Assembly (NCBI GenBank): GCA_051294905.1
Contig: CM119372.1
Span: forward strand, 17,734,001 to 17,798,000
DNA: 64,000 nt
Direction of reading: 5' to 3'
Source: Botryllus schlosseri
Lineage: Eukaryota
Shown here: in pieces, positions 48,801 through 61,540 of the stretch
Layout of the letters: the number at the start of each line of letters is the position of its first letter
Numbering within the stretch: the first letter of the stretch is position 1
The notes under the pieces: generated by a model
What the model was told of the DNA's origin: nothing
What the model saw: the letters and a program-made list of their open reading frames with translations, nothing else
Database searches by the model: none
Made by a program: the position numbers and the translations under genes

Positions 48801-51800
48801 GTACAGATTCACCTTTCAATCTTGAAAATAACCACCTCTGATAGACCATTAATAGCATACGACGCATCGACCGAATCCAATTTTTTCAACTACTTACTTG
48901 ATTACTACTGAGACTTCTCACTTTCTACTTCGACATAAAGTAGTTTTGGAATATCTTGTAAAGCACTACTTCTACTTGTAATTGAGTAAAAAGACACAGC
49001 AACACTGCCACTCCTACTGGAGTAGCAAAGCGGACTATTTTGATTATGTACATTGTACAGCTAAGGGCATTTGGTAAGTACCGTAAAAATTGAGCTTCTC
49101 TTTTCATTCCTGCTCTCTCTTGGAGCCAGGTCAAAGGGCGACAGGTTCAGGCTTTTGCAAATCCTGTTGCAGGTGTGCGAGTAGAAGAACAACGCCATGC
49201 CTTTCGTGCCGAGATTACCATCTCCATATTCGGTGCCTCTGTAAATAATAACAAACATAGTCGCTGCAGTCAATTATATTTAAAGTTCCGTAATCTTAGG
49301 AAATACATTTGCCGACTGGATTTTGATTCGGCAACATAGCCACAGCTCATGCTGTGCACTAGTATTCTATGGTAATGCACTACATGCGTAATGTGGTTGG
49401 TTTTGTCTTTGTGACTGGGCGAAAATTTGGGGTTCGTTGAACGCTTGTAGAATAGAGTATGGATTCGCCATTTTCGTAAAATTTAAGAACCACTGGTCTA
49501 GAATACTTATTACTTTTTCACATACTTGGAAATGAATACGTCTATTTGCATTTGAGTAGAAATTTACGTTATCGGTACCTCTGCTTCTATTTATACTTTC
49601 AACGATGACCAGTTTGACCGCCTTCGGCTATTTTCTAGACAATTTCAACAGGTCAGGACATCGTTAGTTGAATAACAACCACAGTATATTTACGGATGAG
49701 TCACACTCAATATCGGGACCATCGAAATGATTTGCCTTCGAGCAAGACTGATATCGTTTAGCGCCATTGCCGCATAGAAAACATCAAAAAGCGCGGAAAT
49801 CCAAGAGGCTTAATCTGAGATTTAAATCTATAGAAAATAAACGCGACGAAAACATGAGCAAGCACCGACAGTCACGATGGTAATGATACACGATTTACTC
49901 GAAGCACAAGAAAAAAGGTCACGTGACCGTAGACGGCACGAGATTAAAACAGAATTTCCGTCCAAAACGAAGAAAACCGACGTTGAGAGGTGGTCACTGG
50001 TCAGCAACAAAGTACTACTACTTTTTTAGAGTACTCAACCAGGTTTTGACTACTTCTGCTTACTCGAGTGGTTATGTTTTAGACCAGTGGTTCTCAACCG
50101 CAGTTCCGCGGCCAGTTTCCTTCCGATATGCCAAATATATTAGAAATTTATACCTCAATTCGAAATACCAGACGTTGGAGGATCGTCCATTTATTACAGA
50201 AATAAAACATCAAATTTAACGTTGATTCAGAAGTTTCGAAAGTCCCAATGGTGCAAGTATTGCACGAAACTGTTTAAGAGTAGCATACAGCCCGTTTAGG
50301 ACAAGTTACATGTGATAATTACTTTTAACTAAACTTTGTTCAATTCCGACAGTGTAATTTAGCAACACCTTGCAGTATAATAGAGGCTATAGTAAACAAA
50401 AATGTCGCATTTATTTCAAGGGATACCGAAAGATCAAGTTGGTGTTAGTTAACAGGACTTCATAATTTTCGCCTTGTGCAGTAATATCAATAGAACCACG
50501 AATAAATATGGAAAATGAAGCATTAAATGAAGTTTCCAGTATTGCATTGGAGTTCATACATTCGTCGTAATTAAATTATGGGTTAATTTTGATTTTTCAA
50601 GGTTTGCCGGTCCACGGCACTTGTTTTTAAGTTTTACCGGTCTGCGAGATCAAAAAGGATGAGAACCACTGTTTCAGACCACTTCTACATCACCGTTTCT
50701 CAGCAAGACTAATTGCTTAGTACACTTTGGATTTTGCAAGTAGAAAGTAGTTTGGGGTAGGTCTGTGTGAAATGAATGAAATTGTCATAACTACTAGACG
50801 AAAGAGCCCCTGCATCATGGTAGTTCGATTTTCAAAGTAGACACCCCGCTGATTAATTGTTAGAAGTATTCGATCCTCGACTAAATCGACTTTTTGAAAC
50901 TACAGTACTTACTCGAGCACTTTTCATACTTTCGTGACCTTGAAATCATGTTCTTGAAATCCTTACTTTCACTTGTAATTTCGTAGAAGTTTACGGCGGA
51001 GCTTTTACGCCCAATCGAGTACCAACTCTGACCCGCTCTGGTCTTACTTACTTGTAGGTATGGATCTGCGGATCGGTGTAAAGGTCTCCCACTCCCTGAA
51101 TGTCGACAACAATGAGACGATGCTGCGAGCATTCGAATGTGAAATGACTGAATGCCTGCAAGATTAGAGAAATATCGTATTAAAAATGCACACCGGCTTT
51201 TTTCGTTCAAAATCAGGGGTGCTGCAATTTTTACCCACCTGGGGAGTCGCTCTGCTGTCCTCGTCGTCCACAAATCCAGAGTTCGAGTTGTACTTGACAT
51301 AGTCTCCTTCGATAAACGCCTCCAAGTGATAGAGCGGTGTTCCCGGACGATTTACCATTTCGATAACGCACATCTGCATGATATCGACCTGCGCAACATA
51401 GCTATGTAAGGACACGAAGTAGGAGTAATCCGAGCTCTCGACAGGATGAAATGTTTAATAATGAATTATTCAAGGAATGTAGGAAGCGTGATTTCATAAA
51501 AACAACGTGAATGATGAACGAACAGAGGAAACGAATGTCACTACTACCTCATTGAAGGTTTTTGAGCAATTCGAATGCATTGAAAAATAACAGACTGCAG
51601 CGATGGCCAAGCAAATGTATATGCGTAACAATTAGACTGCAACACCTTGACCAAATCTACTTTTAATAACACTACTTACTTGAATACTTTTCAGACCATT
51701 CATTTCATGCTTCAACTCGGAAGTATATTTAGCATGTATGGAAAATCGCTACTTCTACTCGTAATTGAGTAGAGACTTATGGCATCACTTCTACTTGAGT

Positions 51801-54800
51801 AGCAATGCTGGCTACATTGACCAGTGACCACCTCTGCGCATTCCATTGACATTTTATCAATCATTTGCCATTGTTACTGGTCGTCCTTGACGTGAAAGAA
51901 TGTGAGATCACTATAATGAAACCATTTTGAAAATACTATATGGCTATGATGTGATTTATATGCTGTAGAACACATAGTTTCTGTAACCAAGAACCATCCA
52001 ATGGCTATCAACCGCTAACCTGCTATTATGCAGGTAATTTGACAAATGCCGGTGAGCAGTAATTTTACTCTCATACCTTTTTCGGCGGGTTGTGCTTGTC
52101 AAATTCTTCGCCCCACAGTTTGGCGTCCATCTGGAGCCGGACGTCATCGAAGTACGTCTTCCTTTCGACGTCTTCCATGTATCGCTTCACGACGCAATTC
52201 GTCGCGTAATCCCAATCCCTCCGAACAGAAAGACTCGACAGTTTTTTCCTAAGAAAAACACACGGACTTCGAACCGGATTCCGGGGCTATGAGTAAATCA
52301 AGCACTATAAAAACACATTGCAGATTATATAGTGAAGGAGTGGTTTCGATGCGAAAATCTTTTGACGGACGCATAAATGGAATATCAATCTGCTTTCATG
52401 TACCTACACACAACAGTGTATGGCAAGGACCAGCTTTTGGCGAGAACAGGACTAAAACAAGCATGCTAAATAAAATTTTAATTAGATCTACATTAGACTG
52501 ATACACACATTAGTTTTGCTTTTAATCGAAATGTCACAGTGTTGCAGATTAAAATTTGAGAATGTCAACATGCTTCCAGGTCTCATCATAGCCGCAATGA
52601 AATCACAATGATTGACAATGGTGTTATTATATAATTATATATACATTCCAAATGCCTTTAATCTCCTTATCAAATGCCAAAGTTCAAATACTGGACAACG
52701 GACAGATAAAACCATGCCTACAGCAGATTTCTCATGTGTTTTGATGCCAGCGAAACGATTGCGAATGCAGCAAATTTAGCGAGTGACGCACAGCGCACCC
52801 AGCCCACGTGTTCAACACAAAAACAATCTGCTTTGTTTGAAGAGTCCAGCTCAGCAAAGCGCCGATGTCCAGCGCGAGACACAGCTCGCCTATTCAAACA
52901 GAGTGCCATTTCATGCCACAAAGGACACATCACAATAGTATTAGTTCACACAAGGGTCTAGTTACGCCGCCATTGTAGGGGCATCCATTATGTTACAGTT
53001 ACACGACACACAAGCAGCGTACTTTGACAGGAGGGTGATGCCTGCTGCTTTGAACGGTGGGCATTTGGGTAAGACAATACAATTTAAACTTGTTATAATC
53101 CGTTTCAATTTTGTGCAAATATTGAGGCAATAGCGCCTGTAGGCATTCGGGAAACGCCTGCTTCAGGCGCGATCACGTAGACAGCTATTCCACGCTAGCC
53201 AAATCCGCCTCACGCGTCGGCCATTCTGCGCGAGCTGGGTTGCACGCGCGCGTGCCTAACAAAAAGAGAAGAGAAAAAGTATTGCCGCTCACGATCGAAA
53301 ACACTCTCTCATCGCTCCGTGGTTGAAGGCCTGTAATAAAAGAGAGAAGTGTGACTGGGCCGTGATCACGCGTAGGCGAGATAATGCGAGGCGAGGAACG
53401 GCCGAAACTCGAGCGAAACGACCCTACGTGACTTCGCGATTGCTACGGACTCAGGCGCGATCGCGCGTTTAAAATACGGCGAATCTCGAGGATTTAAATT
53501 GTCGCTTATTATCCTCATCGCACGGGTGTAATTTTGTCGGAATCTCTATCAAACCCCGCGAAATTTAGTAAAGAATTACCATAGTGCCCTATTCAGAATT
53601 CTAATATAACTTGGAAAATAACAATGTAGCTATAATTCCAATTCCAATCCAGTTTAGAAAAGCTGAAAATTTTCTAGTTGTCCTAGCCTGTCTGGAACCA
53701 GACGCGGGAAAGGCCACTCAAGATACATAACATTAATTGAGAGCGCGCGTAAGTAAATAAAAGCGACCATGCTTCAAAATATTGAGGCTCAGTCCGTAGT
53801 ATTATTAATACTTCCATCAGATCAAAACGTCACAAGATTGCGACGCAATGATAAGATAGAAACGAGACTCCATAACAGTGGCGTGTGCTATCAACGACCG
53901 CCTCGAAACGCGAAAAGTTTCGTGTTCGGCTGAGAGGCGAGGTATTGGGAAACGTTGCCTTCGATTTAGGTTACGTTGTATGATAAACATTCGATATCTG
54001 GAAGGCAAACATCGCCGTTCACGAAATTCGATACGGCCCCCGGCTATTCGCTGGTCATCCGGTCAGCACGTCTCGGCAAACATGAGCGATTTGTGAATGT
54101 GCAATGTTCATTGTGCGTGCATGGGCAATCGGCCGTCGGCGTTGAACAAATATGCAAAGCAGGTCTCGCACTGCCCGAAAGTCACGCTACAGATCCAACA
54201 CCGAAACAACAACAAATGTCGTACGGCCGGTATGGCGAAACTGGCGGGTAATTATTAGAATAAGAATTGAACATGATATCATCCTCGCCGGGAAATTTCG
54301 ATTACAAGACGCAAGGCTAAAAAATATGACAGGAGGCGTAAACCGGGTCATGGGAATCGCAAAGCCCCCGTTTATTTTAATGTAGCGCGCCCTTACATCT
54401 TGTTATATGCACATTAAATTCACCAACTGAGGAATATACCAGGCTTGGCCGTCGCAAGACGATCTAGCGTTGTTCCGGATGTGAGCATGAATATCCGAAT
54501 TGCGCTTTGCACAAAAATTATACACAGCCATACGCCTCACGGCCAGTATAAAACATTGTAGGCCGTTGTACGCTTGGTCGCGTCTGCACAGAACAAGACA
54601 GATCCCAACGCCTAAGCTAAACCGGTGACCCGAGTTTGTACCAGAAACTTGATGCGAACGAAAGAACATATTTACGCGTAATCATAATCATGATAATTCC
54701 AAATAATTTAGCTTGGAGATTGCCCTGATAATAAAATATCGAGACCGCCGTAAAACGGATACACCTCTGTAAAGCGATTTATATTTTCCATTGAGCATGG

Positions 54801-57800
54801 GCTAACGCAAAATCAAGCATATAACTGGCGAAACACACGGATGAGCGATGAAGAATATCATAAAAATAGAATCGCGACAGGACACAGCAAAAGCGAAGGT
54901 ATCGAATGTACTAATGTACGATTGTTCGCGTACAGGCGATTGATTCTACTTGCGATAAACGAGCCCGCTTGTATTATCATTCATATCGCTCAGCGTTTGG
55001 CGGGCATTAATATGAGCAATCCAATTCCGAGAAATCAAAAGTCCTTTGTCTGGACTATCATACTTCAAGCAGTCGCCGATTCGTGGTATTTCAACATACG
55101 AACCAGGTATCGCGGTTTTACAAAAGCCCGAATCGACCAATAACGATTTTGATATGATATCCTGTCCTGCACACGAACATTCTATCTATTCCATATGTTA
55201 GGGCGGCGAAAAGATAAAAACTTGATCACTTCAATCCCATATGTTGATATTTGCTAATGGAAATAGTTTTATCCATAGGTACGCTACCGACTAAGACTTG
55301 GCAAAATCGAGCGACAGAGCGATTCTAATCGCTGTGGAGTATTCCGGTATCACATACCATGACTTCATAATAGTAAGACTTGGAAAGTGCAAATACGTAC
55401 GTTTATGCGGTCATACGGAAAACGACGCCAGTTCCAAGATGTAAAACATCAATTTATGTCTGTGGCAATGACTACCTCATAACGCTTTGTGACCTGCGCT
55501 TTGGGCAGGTGTGACATGTTTTCGATGCTGAGATACAACCAGCCGAGATTTCAAGGCCCCGACAGAAGGGAAAAAAGTATCGAAACTATCTTTGTTGATG
55601 ACAAAACAACTCATGGTGCCAAGGGCGTGTGACTTGTTACTCATTAATACTGACTCTCCCTACTTGAATCGAATCATTATAATATACACACAGCAATCGT
55701 TGTGCCCAACCCTACCGCAAACAATCACAAATTATATATCTTCGGCAAGATACACCCACCCACCTCTCCTTCGATTTTAATCTCGATCTCATCCTCTGTC
55801 CAGATTCCCTTCCTCGGACTGTACCGATAGCGTTTCACCTTTTCCACCGGCAGATTGTTGACCGATGCCCACTTATCTCTGTGGACGGATCTGGCATGAC
55901 ACGCAGAAAGTTTCCACATGCGCTTGCCCTTAGCGATTGGGTTCGACATCTTGCGGACCTGCAAATCGTATAGCAAAGATTGCTGATGGTGGTCAGAAGA
56001 AAAATGTGGCATTAGGAGGTCCGTATTATGACCCTACTTCCCCGATTGTTAGTTCAACAAAATTAAGGGCCATCAATTTTGACACTAAAACCTCATAATG
56101 GATCGAACAACATCGAATGGATGATTTTCCAGGAATTTGATTCCACTATTCAATCAATAGGTTACTGTTGACAATCACATTGACGACAATATGTCCAGTT
56201 GTCCCGACAAATACATGACATAGTGCAATCATTTGGTTACTGATGCCGTATCCTGTATGGGACCTACAACAAAACACCGCCCCCATGCAGTTTAAATCCT
56301 GGGTGTGACGGATGGGCAAATTTGAGGCATCGTGTGGTCAGGAATTTGTGAAATTTAAGGAGACATCCTACCCCGGGGTGTCCAAGAACACAGGCTTGGT
56401 ATTGGAAGACAAGTATTTATTAGGCTACAGTTACAGGCTACAGGACTTTTGAAGAGGGGCACAAAACAATTAGCATGCACTGCACTACTATTGCTACTAT
56501 CGGTACGTTGCATTATTACTACACTACACCATCACTGGTTACAAAGAATTAGAATTCCAAACCTACATAGCAAAACAGAGGCTAGTAAGATTGAACCAGG
56601 AAGTGAACTAATATTTTCCGCTACAGTGGATTACCATGCGTGAAACGCTAGACGTTCTACCTAGAAAGAACTTGTTTCGCATGTCTCTCTGAAACAAGTC
56701 ATATATACCGGGTGCAATGGAGAATACATTTCTTTGGCCAAGTAACCTTCCCAATTCGAGATGATTTGAATTTCCGCTTCAATTCTGTGTAAGATCTTTG
56801 ATATGCCTTCACAATCCAAATGTGATTGATTTTGGCTTAAAACTGATCCGTTGTCAGACGGTATAAGACCAAGGAAACATTCCAGATTAAATTGAGTCTA
56901 ATCTCATGAAGAAACATCATGACTTATAGGCTAATAATGAACCTATGACAACAAGCATTGATAAAGTGCGAGTGGACAATAGCATTCCACACTTTCATGA
57001 GCAACATTCAGTAGCAATCTGGATATGTATGTTTTCATAGAAAAAATTACAAAATTGATTAGAAGTCATGTTTTGATTACAAATAAGACAATTACATCAT
57101 GCATAGTGAATTTTCAAAAACAGTCAGACCCATTCGTAATGTGAATAGCCTTACTTGCGAGATTCCTTGATAGTTTTCATTGCGCTGAATATAACAGAAG
57201 ATACCAACATCGTAAAGTTGGAAACCCGTAGGCTAACAAATCCAATAAAGTTATCAAATTATAGCAATATATACTAGAGTAAAAATCACTGTCTAATGCA
57301 TTAATCATAATATTAGCCAAACAACCAATGCGTTAACTTGCACCAATTAACTCAAGATGTGACAACAGACCTACACATAACAATTTTACAAGAGAAACAG
57401 GCTACTTAAAACACACAGCAAAAGTACATTATTGTGCTTAGAACCGTACCATACCTGATTCGTCATTGACTTGAAAACCGCAGATTTCAATTTATTCAAA
57501 ATATCATCTTCATCGTCATCATCTTTGGTGACTCCGTCGCTAAATCGTATAATGGCAAAAACATCAAATACAGCTACTTCACAAATGCGGAACAAATATG
57601 CACACAAAACAGATGAAAATCATGTAAAATAACCGAACACATATAACCGATATCAGTAAGCTTAGAATAACAAGCACCTAACCATAACACAGCCACGTCA
57701 CGAGCGTTAGACAGAACACCAACTGTCAGCAACAGCGCAATAATATGAAGGGTACTTCATTTCACAGGAGAAATATCGCCATCATTTATGAAACATGGTA

Positions 57801-59147
57801 GCTGTACTATATTGAAGTGGCTTGCCGGTCACTTTGTGATAATTACAACATCCAAAGTACCAGCATTCGAATTGCGTGCGTCAACAGCTACCGTCAACAA
57901 TGCTTTTGCAAATATACTTTACATCGGTGTCAAGTTTGAGGTTGGAACTTGGAAAGCATAGATAGTAGAGGAGTTCAATTGTTAATTGGTCCAGTTCCAG
58001 TAGGTGGAAAGTAAATCCAAGCTGACAGCTGAATAATCAGACACACACACCAGATACTGGTTAATCATTGACAAAGATGGACAATAGGATATCAATAACA
58101 AATATTGAGGCGCAGGGCTTTGATGTTCCTCTGATAAAACCGATACGACTTCATGGTGCATTCGGAGTATTTGGTGTGAAAATTGGCTCACCACCAATTG
58201 CGATGTGACAGCATCACGTTTTTTGTCAAACATATTAGTCATTCTCATACCGATGCAATTACACAACTAAACAAGTCGAATACTATGTAGTCACGTGTGT
58301 GTTATTATGGGAACATGGGTGAGGTAAAATAAATTTGAAGAAAACCATTTATGGTTATTTAAATCAATTTGGGTTCTAATATTCTTTCAAGTAAATACAA
58401 TGAGGAATATAAGCTATTTCTTTACATATAAGAAGAGTCCTTTGATGCTAGCAAACAAGATTTACGTGAGTTTTTGAAAGGTCCTAAAATGAAAATGATC
58501 AAGACCAACACATATTAGCCTACATCAAAAAACAATGCCAGATAATAATCATAGTCCCACTGCCGACCGAATACAAATGTAAAATCTCTTATTCTGTTTT
58601 ATAAGTCTAAAAACATTTACCCTTAATTTGCAATATTAATCAAGGAAGATAGCTGGGACATTATTGAAATTGCTCGCCGACAACTCTTTACTTGGATACG
58701 AGTCATCATAAAGGCAACTTTCAATCTTTTCGTGATTAAGCTAGTTAGATTGTGTAGGCCTATTATATCCTGGCACAATGAAACAATTTATTCAGAGCCG
58801 TCATAGTTGCGTTGGAACCATTACGATTAGGCCATATAGGCTGACATATTTCCAACAAGTCATCTATAGCATTCGGTGGGACTATATTTCAAAAAGTTTA
58901 AGGGTGCAACAACGATCAGAAATTGAGTGAAAATATTAGAGAATAAGGTAAAATTTAGGTCTACGGTGAAATGGTGTTGATACCTTTCTTCCCCGGGTGA
59001 TTTTTCTTCCATTGACCCAGAACCACTATCTTCATCCTCGTCAAATCCAAACAAATCCATTTCTTCCATTTCAAAATCGCTGTCACTATCTTCATCAACA
59101 TCAGCAAGTCTATTCTCTTGGCGAGTTGAAGATGCCATTACTTCCAT
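39863..59147 (-). CDS. EEF2K: Eukaryotic elongation factor 2 kinase (alpha-kinase plus SEL1-like repeats), 16 exons, 739 aa
   Basis: Exons 59147-58984, 57539-57455, 55958-55764, 53330-53293, 52248-52077, 51388-51239, 51155-51052, 49238-49082, 48462-48342, 48028-47926, 47377-47236, 46362-46180, 46115-45942, 45060-44936, 42167-41980, 39981-39863. All GT-AG and phase-consistent, 2220 nt in total. Motifs: [101 protein letters not shown]. Confidence 0.95.
40975..41847 (+). mobile_element. Deleted hAT element with a transposase dimerisation-domain remnant
   Basis: Ends TAGGCCGATT...AATTCGCCCTA with GTCAAA repeats. TSD GATATCAG / GTTATCAG. Internal [24 protein letters not shown]...[13 protein letters not shown] (41287-41527). 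Confidence 0.8.
42289..44802 (+). mobile_element. Non-autonomous LTR retrotransposon (TRIM/LARD-like), antisense in EEF2K intron 14
   Basis: LTRs 42289-42858 and 44269-44802 differ by about 5 substitutions plus a 36-bp tandem duplication. TSD ATCAG. PBS TGGTGACCCCGACGTGAT. Purine tract GGTAGGAAGGGG before the 3' LTR. Confidence 0.93.
42860..42877 (+). other. tRNA-Trp primer binding site
   Basis: TGGTGACCCCGACGTGAT is the 18-nt complement of the animal tRNA-Trp 3' end, located 1 nt after the 5' LTR. Confidence 0.92.
45182..45670. mobile_element. hAT-Charlie MITE (same family as 50085)
   Basis: Ends CAATGGTTCTCAAC...GTTGAGAACCACTG. Internal similarity to 50085-50671. Confidence 0.75.
50085..50671. 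mobile_element. hAT-Charlie MITE
   Basis: Ends CAGTGGTTCTCAACC...GATGAGAACCACTG. TSD TTTTAGAC / TTTCAGAC. Confidence 0.8.
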
Positions 59148-59819
59148 CGTATCGTGATAGTAATGAAACTATTCGAGTATCTAATGTAAAACTGTCGGGA
59201 GCAGAAAATTGAGTCAATTGGGGGGGGGGGGCAGAAAAAGACCAGATGAAGAACAAAAAAGGACGGCGAGAAAAGGACCACCGAATAACGATTAACATCG
59301 AAAAGATTGTGACATTGGGAACTAGGCCAAGGTGGATGCCAGATTGGGAGACCGCAACTCGTCGTTTCGGCAGCCTCCTATCTATTCAATACATTGCATT
59401 GTGTCTTGTGTATTCTATATTGTGTGCGTCTTGATAGGATAAAAATATAATCTGACGATTGCTGATTATTATTATTGAGTTTAAAGTTCTACTATTAGAT
59501 CTAAATTAAGTCGCACTACCAGTCAAAACGGCTTATTATTATTTATAAATATTTATATCAAATTCTTTTTTATTTTCATTCGAGGTGCATGCCTCCTCTT
59601 TGCATCGCCTAGGCCAAGGTGGGTGTCTGTTCTCAAAGATTACTCCAAGCCGTTTCGACACCTATCCATCTTTCCATTGTATCGCAGTCTTGTGGTGTTT
59701 TGAAATAATGAAATTTTTATAATAAACCGAATTAAACTTGTATGTAATAATCATTGATAAATGATAATGCCGTAAATGACTTGTTTTGATGTAATAGGAT
59801 ATGGGCTAAACGTGTATTA

Positions 59820-60160
59820 TAGGGTTACCATATTTTGGAAATCTAAAATGAGGACACTTTTTCAAAATTTTCAGACTGTAAAAATGTAAAATTTTTCCCA
59901 CTTCTTGATCAGTTGACTAAATTAAAAAGGTCAACTTTCCGGCTCAAAAACCTCGAATTACAATTTTTCTTAAACCTCTTCCATTGGTTTTGACTAAAAA
60001 AAAAGGGTCAGCTTTCCGACTGAGCGTTACTTCAGTGCTGATTTACTGTATCTAACTCAGTCGAATTTTGCCCTATATTCAACCATAATTCTCAGAGAAG
60101 AGGACAAAATCTCAAAAACTAGGACATTTGGCGGTCATCCGAGGACGTATGGTAACCCTA
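59820..60160. mobile_element. hAT MITE (GGTTACCATA family) between divergent EEF2K and POLE2
   Basis: TIRs TAGGGTTACCATA...TATGGTAACCCTA. TSD GTGTATTA / GTGTAATA. Confidence 0.85.
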
Positions 60161-61540
60161 GTGTAATAGCAGGCCAGGGTACCGTAGGCCAATACTATCG
60201 AATGAGTCACATTCGATACTAGTACCCTAGAAATTGGCATAAAAACATAGCACTTACGATATACAAATAAGGTGATATTTATAAGTATTTTTACTTCATG
60301 CGTTGCTCCTTGCTACTACACTTTACAAGACTTCCAAAAGCTTATGATCTCACGATCCCTATTAACTGGTTCCTGCATAATCCTTACAGAACTATAGTAA
60401 ACTCGAAGCATGTCTGGCACCGATCTCTAGCCAATTCCTGCCAACTGCCGTCAGACAAGCGAAGACGAGAGAGTTTGCAGGGAGCAAACGTTATCTGTAA
60501 GACGAAGCTGCTAATCGTAATGCGGCAATCACTCGAGTCGGTATTCGGCCCTTCCCTACCACCTAGCAGTCTGTTTTGAGAATCATGATTTGAGCTTTGG
60601 CGCCGTTTCGCAAAGTTCAGCAACGGCAATGGATTGAGTATTTTCAAATACGATTTAGTGTACTTTCTCCATGACTATTTGTATACTAAAAATGAGATAT
60701 ATGTATGTCATTGCTACAGACCAAGGAGGGTTCACCGCAATGTAACGATTTTTGATCTTCGTATGCTCTTTGCGCTACAATGTAAGTTTCAAAATCACAT
60801 CTAGCAGGAATGGTGAGTCGAAATCAGAGTTGTGCTGGAATTTGACTTGAAAGAGTCCGGCGCTATAGTCAGAATCGCTATTATCAATCGTAGGGAGTGG
60901 TGACTCGCCTCGCTATTTACCAAGCACGTCCAAGCTCTTGTTGGATAGAGATACTTGAGCAATGAACATATCTTGTATGCGGAATGTGAAGTTGAAGTCG
61001 CAATTTGCCAGTCAATGGACGATCGTGGGTTACTTATTTCAAAGGCTATACTCAGTCGTCTCGACACCTTCCTTCGCATCTTTTAATTGTATCGCAATCT
61101 TGTGGTGTTTTTGAAAGGATAAAATTAATAATAAACATGATGATGATGATGTGTGAATATGAGATATGTAGGCAATTGATTTGATGGACAAAAACTGCCA
61201 AATATGGAAATATGTAGGCATACTCATATTCCATACTTGGATATTTACTCATGTCATACCCCATGCTATGCCCTGTGAGTCGGTTGGGACGAGATTTGCG
61301 AAAAAATAATGAGTTTAATATAGACTAAAGCTGACATGACATGTATCTTGGTGAATCATGTTCAAGTTTAATTAGAATTGCAATTTTATTGAAAATTTCA
61401 TTCTAATCAAAACACCACAAGAACAAACATCCAAGGTCTGTTTGAATTCTATAATATTTCACCAAGGCTTAGCAGTAATCCATTGTTTATAGCTCTGTAC
61501 CTGTCTGCTGGCTACGGCTGCCCATCTCATCGAAAGAGAT

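Noticed and set aside
59641..61120. About 70-bp direct repeat (near 59641 and 61049) as LTRs or an extra gene between EEF2K and POLE2
   Set aside because: Short and diverged, with no TSD, PBS or coherent ORF.
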